In this document: positions 29,697-42,478 of the stretch, piece after piece
Layout: each line of letters opens with the position of its first letter
Numbering within the stretch: position 1 is the first letter of the stretch
Assembly: GCA_964458035.1 (NCBI GenBank)
Contig: CAYWFZ010000003.1
Location: forward strand, 8,297-72,296
Length of the DNA stretch: 64,000 nucleotides
From: an uncultured Muribaculaceae bacterium
GTDB taxonomy: Bacteria > Bacillota_I > Bacilli_A > RF39 > UBA660
Reading direction: 5' to 3'
The notes under the pieces: model-generated
Databases searched by the model: none
What the model saw: the letters and a program-made list of their open reading frames with translations, nothing else
Told to the model about the DNA's origin: nothing
Program-made: the position numbers and the translations under genes

Positions 29697-30296
29697 CTAT
29701 GAAATTTCTTTTCTATCCAACAATGCTCTATCTAAAGTAATAGAATCCAAATAATCTATATCTACACCCATCGGTATACCATAAGATAATCTAGAAACTT
29801 TAATTTTTTTATTCTCAAATATCTTTTTTATATAAAGTGTTGTTGTTTCTCCTTCAATCGATGGTTTTAAAGCTAAAATAACCTCAGCGTCATTCTTACA
29901 ATTTTTTAATCGGTCTAATAAGCCAGACAGATTAATATCTTCTGGGAATATACCATCCATTGGTGAAATAAGTCCATTCAATACATGATATTTACCATTA
30001 AAAGAGCCAGATTTTTCAAACATAAAAACGCTTTTATAATCTTCAACTACACAAATTAAATTATCTTTTCTATCGGAGTCAGAGCAAATAGAACACACTT
30101 CTTTATCAGTTAAATGACCACATATCGTGCATCTAGTTAGCTTTTTCTTACATTCTTTAATATTCTTAGCGAAATTATCAATATCTTCTTCAGACAAATC
30201 TAACATCGCTAGCGCATATCTTTCAGCACTCTTTTTGCCAACTCCGGGAATTTTTTCAAAAGATGCAATAGAATCTTTAAGTACTTCTGGATACAT
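29697..30296 (-). CDS. recR: Recombination protein RecR
   Basis: HhH KIPGVGKKSAER, zinc finger CTICGHLTD..CSIC and Toprim domain. The start at MYPEV (30296) abuts the ybaB stop. Confidence 0.93.
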   Translation of the reverse strand: MYPEVLKDSIASFEKIPGVGKKSAERYALAMLDLSEEDIDNFAKNIKECKKKLTRCTICGHLTDKEVCSICSDSDRKDNLICVVEDYKSVFMFEKSGSFNGKYHVLNGLISPMDGIFPEDINLSGLLDRLKNCKNDAEVILALKPSIEGETTTLYIKKIFENKKIKVSRLSYGIPMGVDIDYLDSITLDRALLDRKEIS

Positions 30297-30297
30297 C

Positions 30298-30597
30298 TTA
30301 GAATAAACCACCAAATTGTTTTGCATATGGTCCCATTTTTGATTCCATATCACTATCTATCTTTTTAACAGCATCATCATGAGCTATCTTTATCATATCT
30401 TGTAGTATTTCAATATCATCCTTATCAAAATCAGACACATCCTTAAATTTTACTGATTTTAAACTCTTATCTCCCATTAAAACAACTTCTACTAGTTGGC
30501 TATCACCAACATATTCTGTAGAATAAAGCTCCATTTGTTTTTTTTCCATATCTTTTTTCATTTTTTGTGCTTGCTGCATTATTGCATTCATGTTCAT
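30298..30597 (-). CDS. ybaB: Nucleoid-associated protein YbaB/EbfC
   Basis: 99 aa, family layout, position between dnaX and recR. Confidence 0.88.
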   Translation of the reverse strand: MNMNAIMQQAQKMKKDMEKKQMELYSTEYVGDSQLVEVVLMGDKSLKSVKFKDVSDFDKDDIEILQDMIKIAHDDAVKKIDSDMESKMGPYAKQFGGLF

Positions 30598-30610
30598 AAA
30601 TTAATCTCTC

Positions 30611-32197
30611 CTAATCTATTTTCAATTTATCATTACCAAATATATCCTCTGCAAGTGTAACAGAGTTACTATCAGTATTAATAAATTCACTCTCATCCAT
30701 AATATCATATTTTTTTGTTTTATCATAACTTTGCATAAAATTTTTCCAATCATCATCAGAAATAAAAATAAACTTATATGACAAATTATTAATTGAATTA
30801 AATTTATTTTCTATCTCATATAGTTTGGAATTTCCAACTATTTTAATACTTTCTGATTTAGTAAGGAATATTCCATAATTATCACTTACCACTTGTGGAA
30901 CAGACTTACTAGTTATATTTAAAAGTTCAGTAGTATTATCAGCTTTTAATGAATCATTAAATTTTTTCCAATAATCAGTAAATCGTATTTTATAATCCTT
31001 ATTACAATTAACAAATGTATTATTTATTCTAACATTAACAAAGTCATCACTAATCTTATAAATTTGTTGGTTTCCATCAGAATTAAGCATACTATTTACG
31101 TCAATTTTGGTGTCAACTCCGATTATTTCCCGGGAAATAATTTGATTTATTTCTCTATTTGATATTTGATTTTCTTCATCATTAATAAAAGAAATAAGCT
31201 CAAGTTCTAAAAGTAAAAAGCCATTACTGCTATAGTTCAATTTACTATATAACTGATTTAACACCTCAATAATCTTTTTTAGTTGATTAAAAGCAGCAGT
31301 TGAAATATTTTTCTTTTTCATATTGATTGCTTTATCAATAAAATTATCCAAAATTTTATCAATAAATATTTTAATATCTATTCCAGATTCTTTAATATTT
31401 CTTAAAGTTGCAACTAGACCATCAATATCATTTTTAATAATAAAAGAATAAAGCATATCAAGTTCTGCAGTTGTTACGGTTCCAAAATTTGACTTTATAA
31501 TATCCATGCTTATATTGTCTGAGACCTTAGACAATTGATCTAATATACTAAGTGCATCTCTCATACATCCATCGCTTAAAAAAGCAACTTCATTTAGTGC
31601 ATCTTCGTCATAATTAATTTTTTCTAATTCGCATATTCTCTTCAAATTATCATAGATAAGATTTCTATCAATACGTTGAAAATCAAACCTTTGACAACGT
31701 GATAAAACAGTAATTGGAACCTTTTGTATATCCGTAGTAGCTAGAATAAAAACAACGTTTGAAGGAGGCTCTTCTAAAGTTTTAAGAAAAGCATTCCAAG
31801 CTTGATTAGATAACATATGAACCTCATCAATAATATATACTTTATATAAACTATTAGTTGGTGCAATGCCTATATTATCTACTATTTCCCTAATATCATC
31901 TACACTATTATTACTTGCAGCATCCATTTCAATTACATCAGGAGATGTATTAAAATTAATACAGTTGTCGCACACGCCACAAGGAAGTCCATCCTTAACA
32001 TTCAAGCAATTTAAAGTGCGAGCGAATATCTTTGCAGTACTTGTTTTACCAGTTCCACGAGGTCCCGTAAACATATATGCGTGAGCAATTTTATTGTTAA
32101 TAATCGAATTCTTTAATATATTTTTTATATGATCTTGTCCTACAAGTTCGTCAAAGTTAGTAGGTCTATATTTTCTATATAAAACTTTATAATCCAT
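30611..32197 (-). CDS. dnaX: DNA polymerase III tau/gamma subunit
   Basis: YRPTNFDELVGQ, Walker A GPRGTGKTS, zinc module CGVCDNC and SRC motif. Confidence 0.95.
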   Translation of the reverse strand: MDYKVLYRKYRPTNFDELVGQDHIKNILKNSIINNKIAHAYMFTGPRGTGKTSTAKIFARTLNCLNVKDGLPCGVCDNCINFNTSPDVIEMDAASNNSVDDIREIVDNIGIAPTNSLYKVYIIDEVHMLSNQAWNAFLKTLEEPPSNVVFILATTDIQKVPITVLSRCQRFDFQRIDRNLIYDNLKRICELEKINYDEDALNEVAFLSDGCMRDALSILDQLSKVSDNISMDIIKSNFGTVTTAELDMLYSFIIKNDIDGLVATLRNIKESGIDIKIFIDKILDNFIDKAINMKKKNISTAAFNQLKKIIEVLNQLYSKLNYSSNGFLLLELELISFINDEENQISNREINQIISREIIGVDTKIDVNSMLNSDGNQQIYKISDDFVNVRINNTFVNCNKDYKIRFTDYWKKFNDSLKADNTTELLNITSKSVPQVVSDNYGIFLTKSESIKIVGNSKLYEIENKFNSINNLSYKFIFISDDDWKNFMQSYDKTKKYDIMDESEFINTDSNSVTLAEDIFGNDKLKID

Positions 32198-32234
32198 TTT
32201 ATATCACCTAATAAAATTATATCATAAAAAACTC

Positions 32235-32687
32235 TTATCTTTTACATTTATCTTTAAAAAATGTTGATAACTGTTCTTTGTAAATATGTTGTTGAAAACT
32301 ATCAACACACTCAATCTTTTCAAAACAAGTTTTATTATATTCTTTTTTATAATCAGGTTTATCAATAAGATAAAAAACAGTTCTAATTCTTGCCTGTTTA
32401 ATAATTTCTTTACACATACTGCAAGGCTCAAGGGTTACATATAAATCGCATTCATTTAAACGCCAATCTTTAAGTTTTTTCGTCGCTTTTCTAATAGCAA
32501 TTATTTCTGCATGTCCCATAATATCGTTACATCTATTGCGTTTATTATATCCTCTTCCTACAATTTTATTGTTGAAAACTACTATTGCTCCTACAGGTAC
32601 ATCATTATTTATATAAGCTTTTTTAGATAATTTTATAATTTCATCAATATAATTGTTCATAAGATTCTCCTCATAAAAAAAGCACAC
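32235..32687 (-). CDS. tadA: tRNA-specific adenosine deaminase
   Basis: HAEIIAIR and PCSMC zinc-binding motifs, 150 aa. Confidence 0.9.
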   Translation of the reverse strand: MCFFYEENLMNNYIDEIIKLSKKAYINNDVPVGAIVVFNNKIVGRGYNKRNRCNDIMGHAEIIAIRKATKKLKDWRLNECDLYVTLEPCSMCKEIIKQARIRTVFYLIDKPDYKKEYNKTCFEKIECVDSFQQHIYKEQLSTFFKDKCKR

Positions 32688-32753
32688 ACAAATAGAGGTT
32701 AATATGGCTGCTATCTTCCGATCCTGACCAGGGTTATAACATATTTGTTGTGC
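32682..32753 (-). ncRNA. ffs: Small SRP RNA (4.5S/ffs-like hairpin)
   Basis: The minus strand reads GCACAACAAATATGTTATAACCCTGGTCAGGATCGGAAGATAGCAGCCATATTAACCTCTATTTGTGTGTGC. Its core CCTGGTCAGG-TCGGAAG-AGCAGCC matches SRP RNA domain IV (CCAGGUCAGGUCCGGAAGGAAGCAGCC), and the ends pair with each other. It is followed by a T7 run and then directly by the tadA RBS. Confidence 0.6.
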
Positions 32754-32958
32754 AAATTAATTATAACATATTTTTTATATAAATAAAGTATTTTTTACCT
32801 TGCAAATATTTATTTTTTTTAATTCCATTTTCCTTTTTCACTAATTTTTGTTTTTTGTTCTATTTTTATATGCAAATATCGATAATTTACTAAAAAAGTC
32901 ATCACTTTTTTAATATTTGTAAAAAAATTATATCAAATATTTAAATTTATTAATTTGA

Positions 32959-33612
32959 ATGTTCCACGTGAAACATAACAGAAAGTAATTAATTTTTTTC
33001 AATAAGAAGAAATGCATCATATGTTTCACGTGAAACTATATATTTAGTAATAATTATAAAAGTGAACTTTAATGTTCCACGTGGAACATTACGTATAAAG
33101 TTATAGCATATTTCAGTAAACACCGATATAATCATATAATATTTCATGCATAGTTTTATAATAAGGAGCTTATTAATAGCAAACAATATTGCTTTTCAAT
33201 GTTTCACGTGGAACATTATTATTTAAAATATAGTTATTTTGTAAAATATAAATAGAAATTTCATTATGTTCCACGTGGAACTATGCATTTAATGAACAAT
33301 TAATAACAACAAACGATAATTTCAATGTTTCACGTGGAACATTGCTCTTAAAATATAATTATTCTATAAAATATAGGTAAAAATTTTATTATGTTTCACG
33401 TGAAACTATGCATTTAATGAACAATTAATAATATCAAATGATGATTTTAATGTTTCACGTGGAACATCATGTATAATTTACAACTATAATTAAATAAATT
33501 TGTAATAAAGATAAGACTGTTTAAAGTAAATAATTGATGAAGAAAACATCAATATATATCAATGTTTCACGTGAAACTATAAAAAAGAAAAACAATGTTC
33601 CACGTGAAACAT
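32959..33612. repeat. parS: Array of 10 parS (ParB-binding centromere) sites, 16-bp core TGTT(C/T)CACGTG(A/G)AAC(A/T)
   Basis: Copies start at 32959, 33021, 33072, 33199, 33267, 33326, 33391, 33450, 33562 and 33595. All are within two mismatches (none affecting the CACGTG core) of the B. subtilis parS consensus TGTTCCACGTGAAACA or its reverse complement. Spacing is irregular, 33-127 bp. Confidence 0.85.
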
Positions 33613-33710
33613 ATAAAAATCATAAAGTTATTAATATAATATAAAAATCAAATTTGTAATATTTGTTATTATCATTATATTAATATGAAAGAGTATAAAA
33701 AAAGAAAACA

Positions 33711-36167
33711 CTATTCCGCATTTTCTTCTTCAACTATATCTAACGATTCATCAACCTTATCAACCACACTTATAGTAGATACAAATTGATTTTCTTTTAA
33801 ATTAATTAGCTTAACTCCTTGAGTAACACGTCCTAATTGAGAAATTTGTTCAATAGGTAACCTAATAAGCATTCCAGACTCTGTTATAATCATTAAATCA
33901 GAATCATTGTTAACAACTTTATGTGCAACCAATGCTCCATTTTTTTCAGTAATACTTAAGGCTTTTACACCTTTACTACCTCGCTTAGTCATTCTATACT
34001 CATTTACAAAAGTTTTCTTACCATATCCGTTCTTAGTAACAACTAAAATATTATCCTCTGGTTTTCCAACTTCCATACCTGTACAATAACCATCACCATC
34101 TAAGTTAATTCCTCTAACACCTGAAGCAGTTCTTCCCATAGGTCTTATTTCATTCTCATCAAACACAACCATACGTCCAGATGTACTAGCTAATATTATC
34201 TTAGAAGCTCCATCAGTTAACTTAACATCAAGTAGTTCATCATTTTCTCTCAAACTAATTGCGATTTTTCCGCTTGCTCTAATATTTTCAAATTCATCAA
34301 CCAAAGTACGTTTAACTATTCCATTTTTAGTTGCAAATGTTAAATATTTACCAGCAGACTCCTTATTATATGAAACAATTGAATTAATTTTCTCATCTTT
34401 TTCAATTTGAAGTAAATTAATTACAGGTAATCCCTTAGCTTGTCTAGAATATTCAGGAATTTCATAACCCTTTATCCTATATACTTTACCTTTATTTGTA
34501 AAGAAAGTTACATAATCATGCGTAGAACAATTAATTAAATGTTTAACATAATCTTCTTCATTTGTAGACATCCCCTTAACTCCAACTCCACCTCTATGTT
34601 GAGATTTAAAAGTATCAGATACACATCTCTTAATATATCCTTTATCAGTAAGGCTTATTATTATATTTTCTTCAGGAATTAATGATTCATCATCAATAAA
34701 GTCGACAGCTGTCATATCTATATATGTACGTCTCTCATCACCATATTTTTCCTTAATTTCAAGTAATTCTTCTTTAATAATGTTTAAAACTAATTGATCA
34801 TCAGCTAATATTGCCTTATATTCTTCTATTTTCTTTAATAATTCATCCAATTCAGCAAGAATCTTATCTTTTTCAAGAGCAGTAAGTCTTCTTAAACGCA
34901 TCTCAAGTATTGCTTCAGTTTGAATATCAGTTAGTCCAAATCTATCCATTAATGTTTGTTTTGCTTGTTCATCACTTCGAGAATTTCTAATTATTTGAAC
35001 AACATCATCAATATTTTCAAGAGCAATCTTATAACCATTTAAAATATGAACTCTCTCTTCAGCTTTCCCTAAATCAAATTTAGTACGCCTAATAATTATT
35101 TCCTTTTGATATTCGATATATTTAGAAATAATTTCCTTAAGTCCCATTGTTCTTGGTTTTTGTTGATCTAACATAAGTAAATTAATACTGAAATTAGTTT
35201 GTAAAGCTGTTTGTTTATATAAATTATTTAAAACTACATTAGCATTAGCTTCTTTTTTAAGAGTAATTACAATTTTTACACCATTTTCAAGGTTTGTTTC
35301 TTCATGTAAATCAGCTATACCATCAAGTAATTTATCACGAACTAACTCAGCTATACGTTGTTGAAAAAGTTTCTTATTAACTTGGTAAGGTAATTCAGTA
35401 ATAACAATCAATTGATGACCATTATGTTCTTCAATTGCAACTTTACCACGTATTGTTATTGTTCCTTTACCTGTTTCATAAGCTCTTCTAATACCTGAAT
35501 TACCTAATATTACAGCTCCAGTAGGAAAGTCTGGTCCTTTTACATATTCCATTAATTCTTCAGTAGTTATATCATGATTGTCGATATAAGCAACACATCC
35601 ATCAATAGTTTCTCCTAAATTATGAGGAGGAATATTAGTTGCCATACCTACGGCTATTCCCACAGTACCATTTACTAGTATATTAGGGAATCTACAAGGA
35701 AGAACAGTTGGTTCAGTTGTTGTGTCATCAAAGTTTGGTACAAAATCTACTGTGTCTTTCTTAATATCTCTTAATAATTCTAAAGATAATTTTGAAAGTC
35801 TTGCTTCTGTATAACGCATTGCAGCTGCGCCATCACCATCCATAGAACCAAAATTACCATGTCCTTCAATCAAAACATTTCTAATTGAGAAAGGTTGTGC
35901 TAAACGAACCATAGCATCGTAAATTGAAGAATCTCCATGAGGGTGATAATTACCCATAACCTCTCCAACCGTTTTAGCACACTTTCTAAAAGGTTTATCA
36001 GATGTGTAGCCATTCTCATACATAGAATATAGAATTCGTCTGTGAACGGGCTTTAAACCATCTCTAAGGTCAGGTAGAGCACGTGCAACTATTACACTCA
36101 TTGAATAATCAAGAAAAGATTCCTTAATTTCTTCAACTATATTTCTTTTTACAATATTTCCATCCAT
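33711..36167 (-). CDS. gyrA: DNA gyrase subunit A
   Basis: [16 protein letters not shown], active-site region and C-terminal beta-pinwheel, 818 aa. Confidence 0.97.
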   Translation of the reverse strand: MDGNIVKRNIVEEIKESFLDYSMSVIVARALPDLRDGLKPVHRRILYSMYENGYTSDKPFRKCAKTVGEVMGNYHPHGDSSIYDAMVRLAQPFSIRNVLIEGHGNFGSMDGDGAAAMRYTEARLSKLSLELLRDIKKDTVDFVPNFDDTTTEPTVLPCRFPNILVNGTVGIAVGMATNIPPHNLGETIDGCVAYIDNHDITTEELMEYVKGPDFPTGAVILGNSGIRRAYETGKGTITIRGKVAIEEHNGHQLIVITELPYQVNKKLFQQRIAELVRDKLLDGIADLHEETNLENGVKIVITLKKEANANVVLNNLYKQTALQTNFSINLLMLDQQKPRTMGLKEIISKYIEYQKEIIIRRTKFDLGKAEERVHILNGYKIALENIDDVVQIIRNSRSDEQAKQTLMDRFGLTDIQTEAILEMRLRRLTALEKDKILAELDELLKKIEEYKAILADDQLVLNIIKEELLEIKEKYGDERRTYIDMTAVDFIDDESLIPEENIIISLTDKGYIKRCVSDTFKSQHRGGVGVKGMSTNEEDYVKHLINCSTHDYVTFFTNKGKVYRIKGYEIPEYSRQAKGLPVINLLQIEKDEKINSIVSYNKESAGKYLTFATKNGIVKRTLVDEFENIRASGKIAISLRENDELLDVKLTDGASKIILASTSGRMVVFDENEIRPMGRTASGVRGINLDGDGYCTGMEVGKPEDNILVVTKNGYGKKTFVNEYRMTKRGSKGVKALSITEKNGALVAHKVVNNDSDLMIITESGMLIRLPIEQISQLGRVTQGVKLINLKENQFVSTISVVDKVDESLDIVEEENAE

Positions 36168-36183
36168 AACTCATACCCTCCTA

Positions 36184-39187
<3,004 letters not shown>

Positions 39188-39287
39188 TTTAACCCCCTTA
39201 ATTTCAATTTTAAGTGATTTTTTACTAATAAGGTACACCTATACCACATATTAATTATATCACAGTTTAGATATATAAAAAAGAAAT

Positions 39288-39746
39288 TTATGCTCCATAG
39301 CTCCTTTTTTTCTTTAAAAAATGATCTAGTTTCATTGATTTAAATAATTGGTTATTAATTATATTCAAACTAATAGATAATTCTACAAAAACCCCATTAT
39401 TAAAAGTAATTACTGTAACATTCTTTAGGGCATTATAATAAACCTTATCAACATTCATCATATTTATCCAAGAAACTGTCTTTAATCTTGGAGAGGACGT
39501 TGGAAAAAAGATTAATCTATTAGAACCACTTATAATTATTGGAGTTTTATATTTTGATCCAGTAATAATTTCTGAACTTTTTAACCTTCCCATAAAAGTA
39601 CTTCCATATCTCAAACAATTTCTCTTAATAATATTATTTGGACTATCATTTACAACAAACATATCTTTATCATCATAAACCAAAGAAGTATTATTTCCAC
39701 AAGGCAATATCGCTAATGTTTTTTTGCGTATTATATATTTATCCAT
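39288..39746 (-). CDS. comK: ComK-family competence transcription factor homolog
   Basis: Aligns by eye with B. subtilis ComK. CLRYGSTFMGRLK matches CRFFGSSYAGRK. KTPIIISGSNRLIFFPTSSP matches KPPIMVDPSNQIFLFPTLSS. VSWINMMNV matches CGWISHVHV. TFNNGVFVELSIS matches TFSNGKTMELPIS. Confidence 0.7.
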   Translation of the reverse strand: MDKYIIRKKTLAILPCGNNTSLVYDDKDMFVVNDSPNNIIKRNCLRYGSTFMGRLKSSEIITGSKYKTPIIISGSNRLIFFPTSSPRLKTVSWINMMNVDKVYYNALKNVTVITFNNGVFVELSISLNIINNQLFKSMKLDHFLKKKRSYGA

Positions 39747-39834
39747 AATTCACCTCCGTTCTTGAGGTCATACACTAGCATAAGAAAACTAAAAAAAAAG
39801 TCGAAAAAAAAGGAATACTTCTAAGAATTCCCTT

Positions 39835-40956
39835 TTAATAAGTTTTTATTGGTAAAACTAGTTGAATTAATGACTCATCAGAGGCTGATTTTATAATAAT
39901 TGGTTTAGAATCACTATTCATACAAATAATTATATCTTCATCTTCAATACTTCTTAAGGCATCCATCATATATTTAGCACTAAATGATATAGATATATCT
40001 TCATTAACATTTCTTTGAACATTTATCCTATTTTCAGCTTTTCCTATTTCTGATGCAAAGGAACTAATAATTAATTCATTTCCAATAGCTTCCATTTTTA
40101 CAATATTCTTTTCTTTACTTTGTGTAAGTAATGATGCTCCATCTATTGATGAAAAGTAATCATTTAACTTAGTAGATATAATATATGCAAACTCAGCAGG
40201 AATGAAATTTGAAGTATTAGGATAACTACCATTTAAAAGATTAGATTGAAATTTAATACCCTCATATTTAAACATTATTTTATTCTCAAATATGTGAATT
40301 TCAACAGTTTTATCATCTTCTGTAATAATTTTATCTAATTCATTAATATTTTTACCTGGAATTACAATATCAACTGCATCATCATAAGGTGTATCTAAAT
40401 TGATTGTCTTCTTTGCTAGTCTATATGAATCAGTTGCAACACATTCTAATATGTTTCCATTTATTTTAATATTAATACCTGTTAATAATGGTCTTGATTC
40501 TTGAGTTGAGACAGCAAATATAGTTTGTTTAATCATTTTCTTTAATATACCTGACTTTAATTCAATATGATGAGTATTGTCATTTAACTCTATTTGTGGA
40601 TAATCAACACTATTTAAACAATTTAAATTATATTGACTAGTTTCAGTATAAATTAATATTTTTAGACTATCTATAACTTCAAAATTTACTACATCACTAG
40701 GAAGCTTCTTTATTATTTCTAGAATATATTTACTCTGAATAATAATCTCTCCTACTTCTTCAATTTTTTCAATTTTATCTTCTGGTATAAAAGATTTAAT
40801 AGTTAAATCAGAATCACTAGCTGTTAAATATAAGCCTTCTTTAGTTAACTCAAATTTAACTCCGTTTAATATAGGTATAATATTTCTAGTCGAAATAGCT
40901 TTACTAACATTTGTTAGTTGTTCTAATATAATATTCTTCTTAATTGAAAATTTCAT
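39835..40956 (-). CDS. dnaN: DNA polymerase III beta sliding clamp
   Basis: 373 aa with three-domain clamp layout, immediately downstream of dnaA. Confidence 0.94.
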   Translation of the reverse strand: MKFSIKKNIILEQLTNVSKAISTRNIIPILNGVKFELTKEGLYLTASDSDLTIKSFIPEDKIEKIEEVGEIIIQSKYILEIIKKLPSDVVNFEVIDSLKILIYTETSQYNLNCLNSVDYPQIELNDNTHHIELKSGILKKMIKQTIFAVSTQESRPLLTGINIKINGNILECVATDSYRLAKKTINLDTPYDDAVDIVIPGKNINELDKIITEDDKTVEIHIFENKIMFKYEGIKFQSNLLNGSYPNTSNFIPAEFAYIISTKLNDYFSSIDGASLLTQSKEKNIVKMEAIGNELIISSFASEIGKAENRINVQRNVNEDISISFSAKYMMDALRSIEDEDIIICMNSDSKPIIIKSASDESLIQLVLPIKTY

Positions 40957-41107
40957 AAAAAATTCCTTCTTTCTTTTTTTATTTATTATTATATTGATAT
41001 TATTATTAGGGTTGAAAAAGTTGAAAACTCAATCGAACCTTTATTTTATGTAGTTTTTAGTTAAAACTTATTATTTATATTTGTTAACAAGTCCTAAGTT
41101 TTTAACA
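40957..41107. other. oriC: dnaA-dnaN intergenic origin segment (AT-rich, candidate DNA unwinding element) with 2 copies of GTTGAAAA
   Basis: gggTTGAAAAAGTTGAAAACtc at about 41010-41031, flanked by more than 85 percent AT sequence. Canonical Firmicute bipartite oriC position. Confidence 0.5.
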
Positions 41108-42469
41108 TTAATTTGAAATTTTTACTTTAATCTCTTTAATTTCATCTTTTAATTCTTCATTCTTTTTATATTCTTCATCAATCTTATCACAAGCATGTAT
41201 TACTGTAGCATGATCTCTGTTAAATTCTAAACCAATTCTCTCAATTGTTTCTTCGGTCGTCATCTTACAAAGATACATCGCAACTTGCCTAGCTTTATTA
41301 ATATTAGCTGTCCTTTTCTTACTTTTCAGATTTTCAACAGTTAAATCATAGAACTCAGCAACTGCTTTTTGAATTTTTGCTATATTATTTGTTATATATA
41401 GAGAATTTCCAATATAATCTTTCAAGTTTTCTTGAGCAAATTCTAAATTAATCTCTTTAGGAGAATACATTGCTGTTACTGCATAAAGTCGATTGATTGT
41501 TCCCTCAAGATGCCGAACATCGCTTTCACAGTTGTTTGCTATAAACTCTAAAACTTCTGGCTTTATAAGTGAGGATACTTCCGTTCCAGCAATTTTATTC
41601 TTTATTATTTTTAACCTTAGTTCGTAATCTGGAGGAGTAATATTAACAGTAATTCCCCAATTAAATCGTGTTTTTAATCGATCTTCTAATACTTTCAAAT
41701 CATCAGGTGATCTATCACTACTAATTATGATTTGTTTTTGTCCCTGATGTAGGAAGTTAAAAGTATTAAAGAACTCATCTTGCGTTTTAGCAGCACCGCC
41801 TAGGAATTGAATATCATCAATTATTAATACGTCCACATTCCTATATTTATCTTTAAATTTTTGCTCTAATTCGTACTTTTCTTCATCTTTTTTATATAAA
41901 TTAGTGAAATCCGATATAAAAGTATCACTTGTAACATACAAAACAGATTTATTTGAGTTTTCTTTAATATAATTTCCAATCGCGTGCATTAAATGCGTTT
42001 TACCAAGACCACTTTTTCCATATATAAATAAAGGATTATAAACTTTTCCGGGTTGTTCTGCAACAGATAAACCAACCATAGCAGCAAATCTATTAGTCTC
42101 CCCTATTACAAAGTTATCAAACGTATAATTTGGATTTAAATTTGAATTATCTTCTTTAAACTTTGGTAAATCCACAGCTTCTTCAATAACGACTTTTTCA
42201 CTATTTTCAGAATATCTATTTAAGTCTTCCTCTATGACTACCTCAAAAGAATATGAAATATCAGAACACTGTTCAATAGTCTCCTCTAAGAGGTCTGTAT
42301 AATGTTCTTTTATAAAATCCCTTGAATAAGAATTAGAAACTTTAATTATCAAGGTTGAATCATCAATTTTTACTAATTCTGAGTCATTAAACCATATATT
42401 AAAAGAAACACTACTAGTATGTGATTTTAAATAATCTAAACATTTATTCCATAACTCTTCTCTGTCCAT
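41108..42469 (-). CDS. dnaA: Chromosomal replication initiator DnaA
   Basis: AAA+ Walker A GKSGLGKTHL, box VII, and C-terminal HTH (...RQVAMYLCK...DHATVIHA). The ORF-track start at 42478 is a GTG. The ATG at 42469 (MDREELWNKCL) is preceded by AGGGTGG. Confidence 0.96.
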   Translation of the reverse strand: MDREELWNKCLDYLKSHTSSVSFNIWFNDSELVKIDDSTLIIKVSNSYSRDFIKEHYTDLLEETIEQCSDISYSFEVVIEEDLNRYSENSEKVVIEEAVDLPKFKEDNSNLNPNYTFDNFVIGETNRFAAMVGLSVAEQPGKVYNPLFIYGKSGLGKTHLMHAIGNYIKENSNKSVLYVTSDTFISDFTNLYKKDEEKYELEQKFKDKYRNVDVLIIDDIQFLGGAAKTQDEFFNTFNFLHQGQKQIIISSDRSPDDLKVLEDRLKTRFNWGITVNITPPDYELRLKIIKNKIAGTEVSSLIKPEVLEFIANNCESDVRHLEGTINRLYAVTAMYSPKEINLEFAQENLKDYIGNSLYITNNIAKIQKAVAEFYDLTVENLKSKKRTANINKARQVAMYLCKMTTEETIERIGLEFNRDHATVIHACDKIDEEYKKNEELKDEIKEIKVKISN

Positions 42470-42478
42470 AATAACCAC

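Noticed and set aside
32989-33186. 65-aa ORF on the minus strand inside the parS array
   Set aside because: It lies across AT-rich repeat DNA with no RBS. It is almost certainly a chance ORF in low-complexity sequence.
32959-33612. Regularly spaced short repeats that superficially resemble a CRISPR array
   Set aside because: Repeats are only 16-18 bp and individually palindromic, and spacing is irregular (33-127 bp). There are no cas genes. The sequence matches the parS consensus almost exactly, so I call it a parS array.
33613-33710. Expectation of an rRNA operon or tRNA genes downstream of gyrA
   Set aside because: No 16S/23S/5S signatures or tRNA cloverleaf (GTTCRANYC T-loop) were found. 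The region is occupied by the parS array instead.
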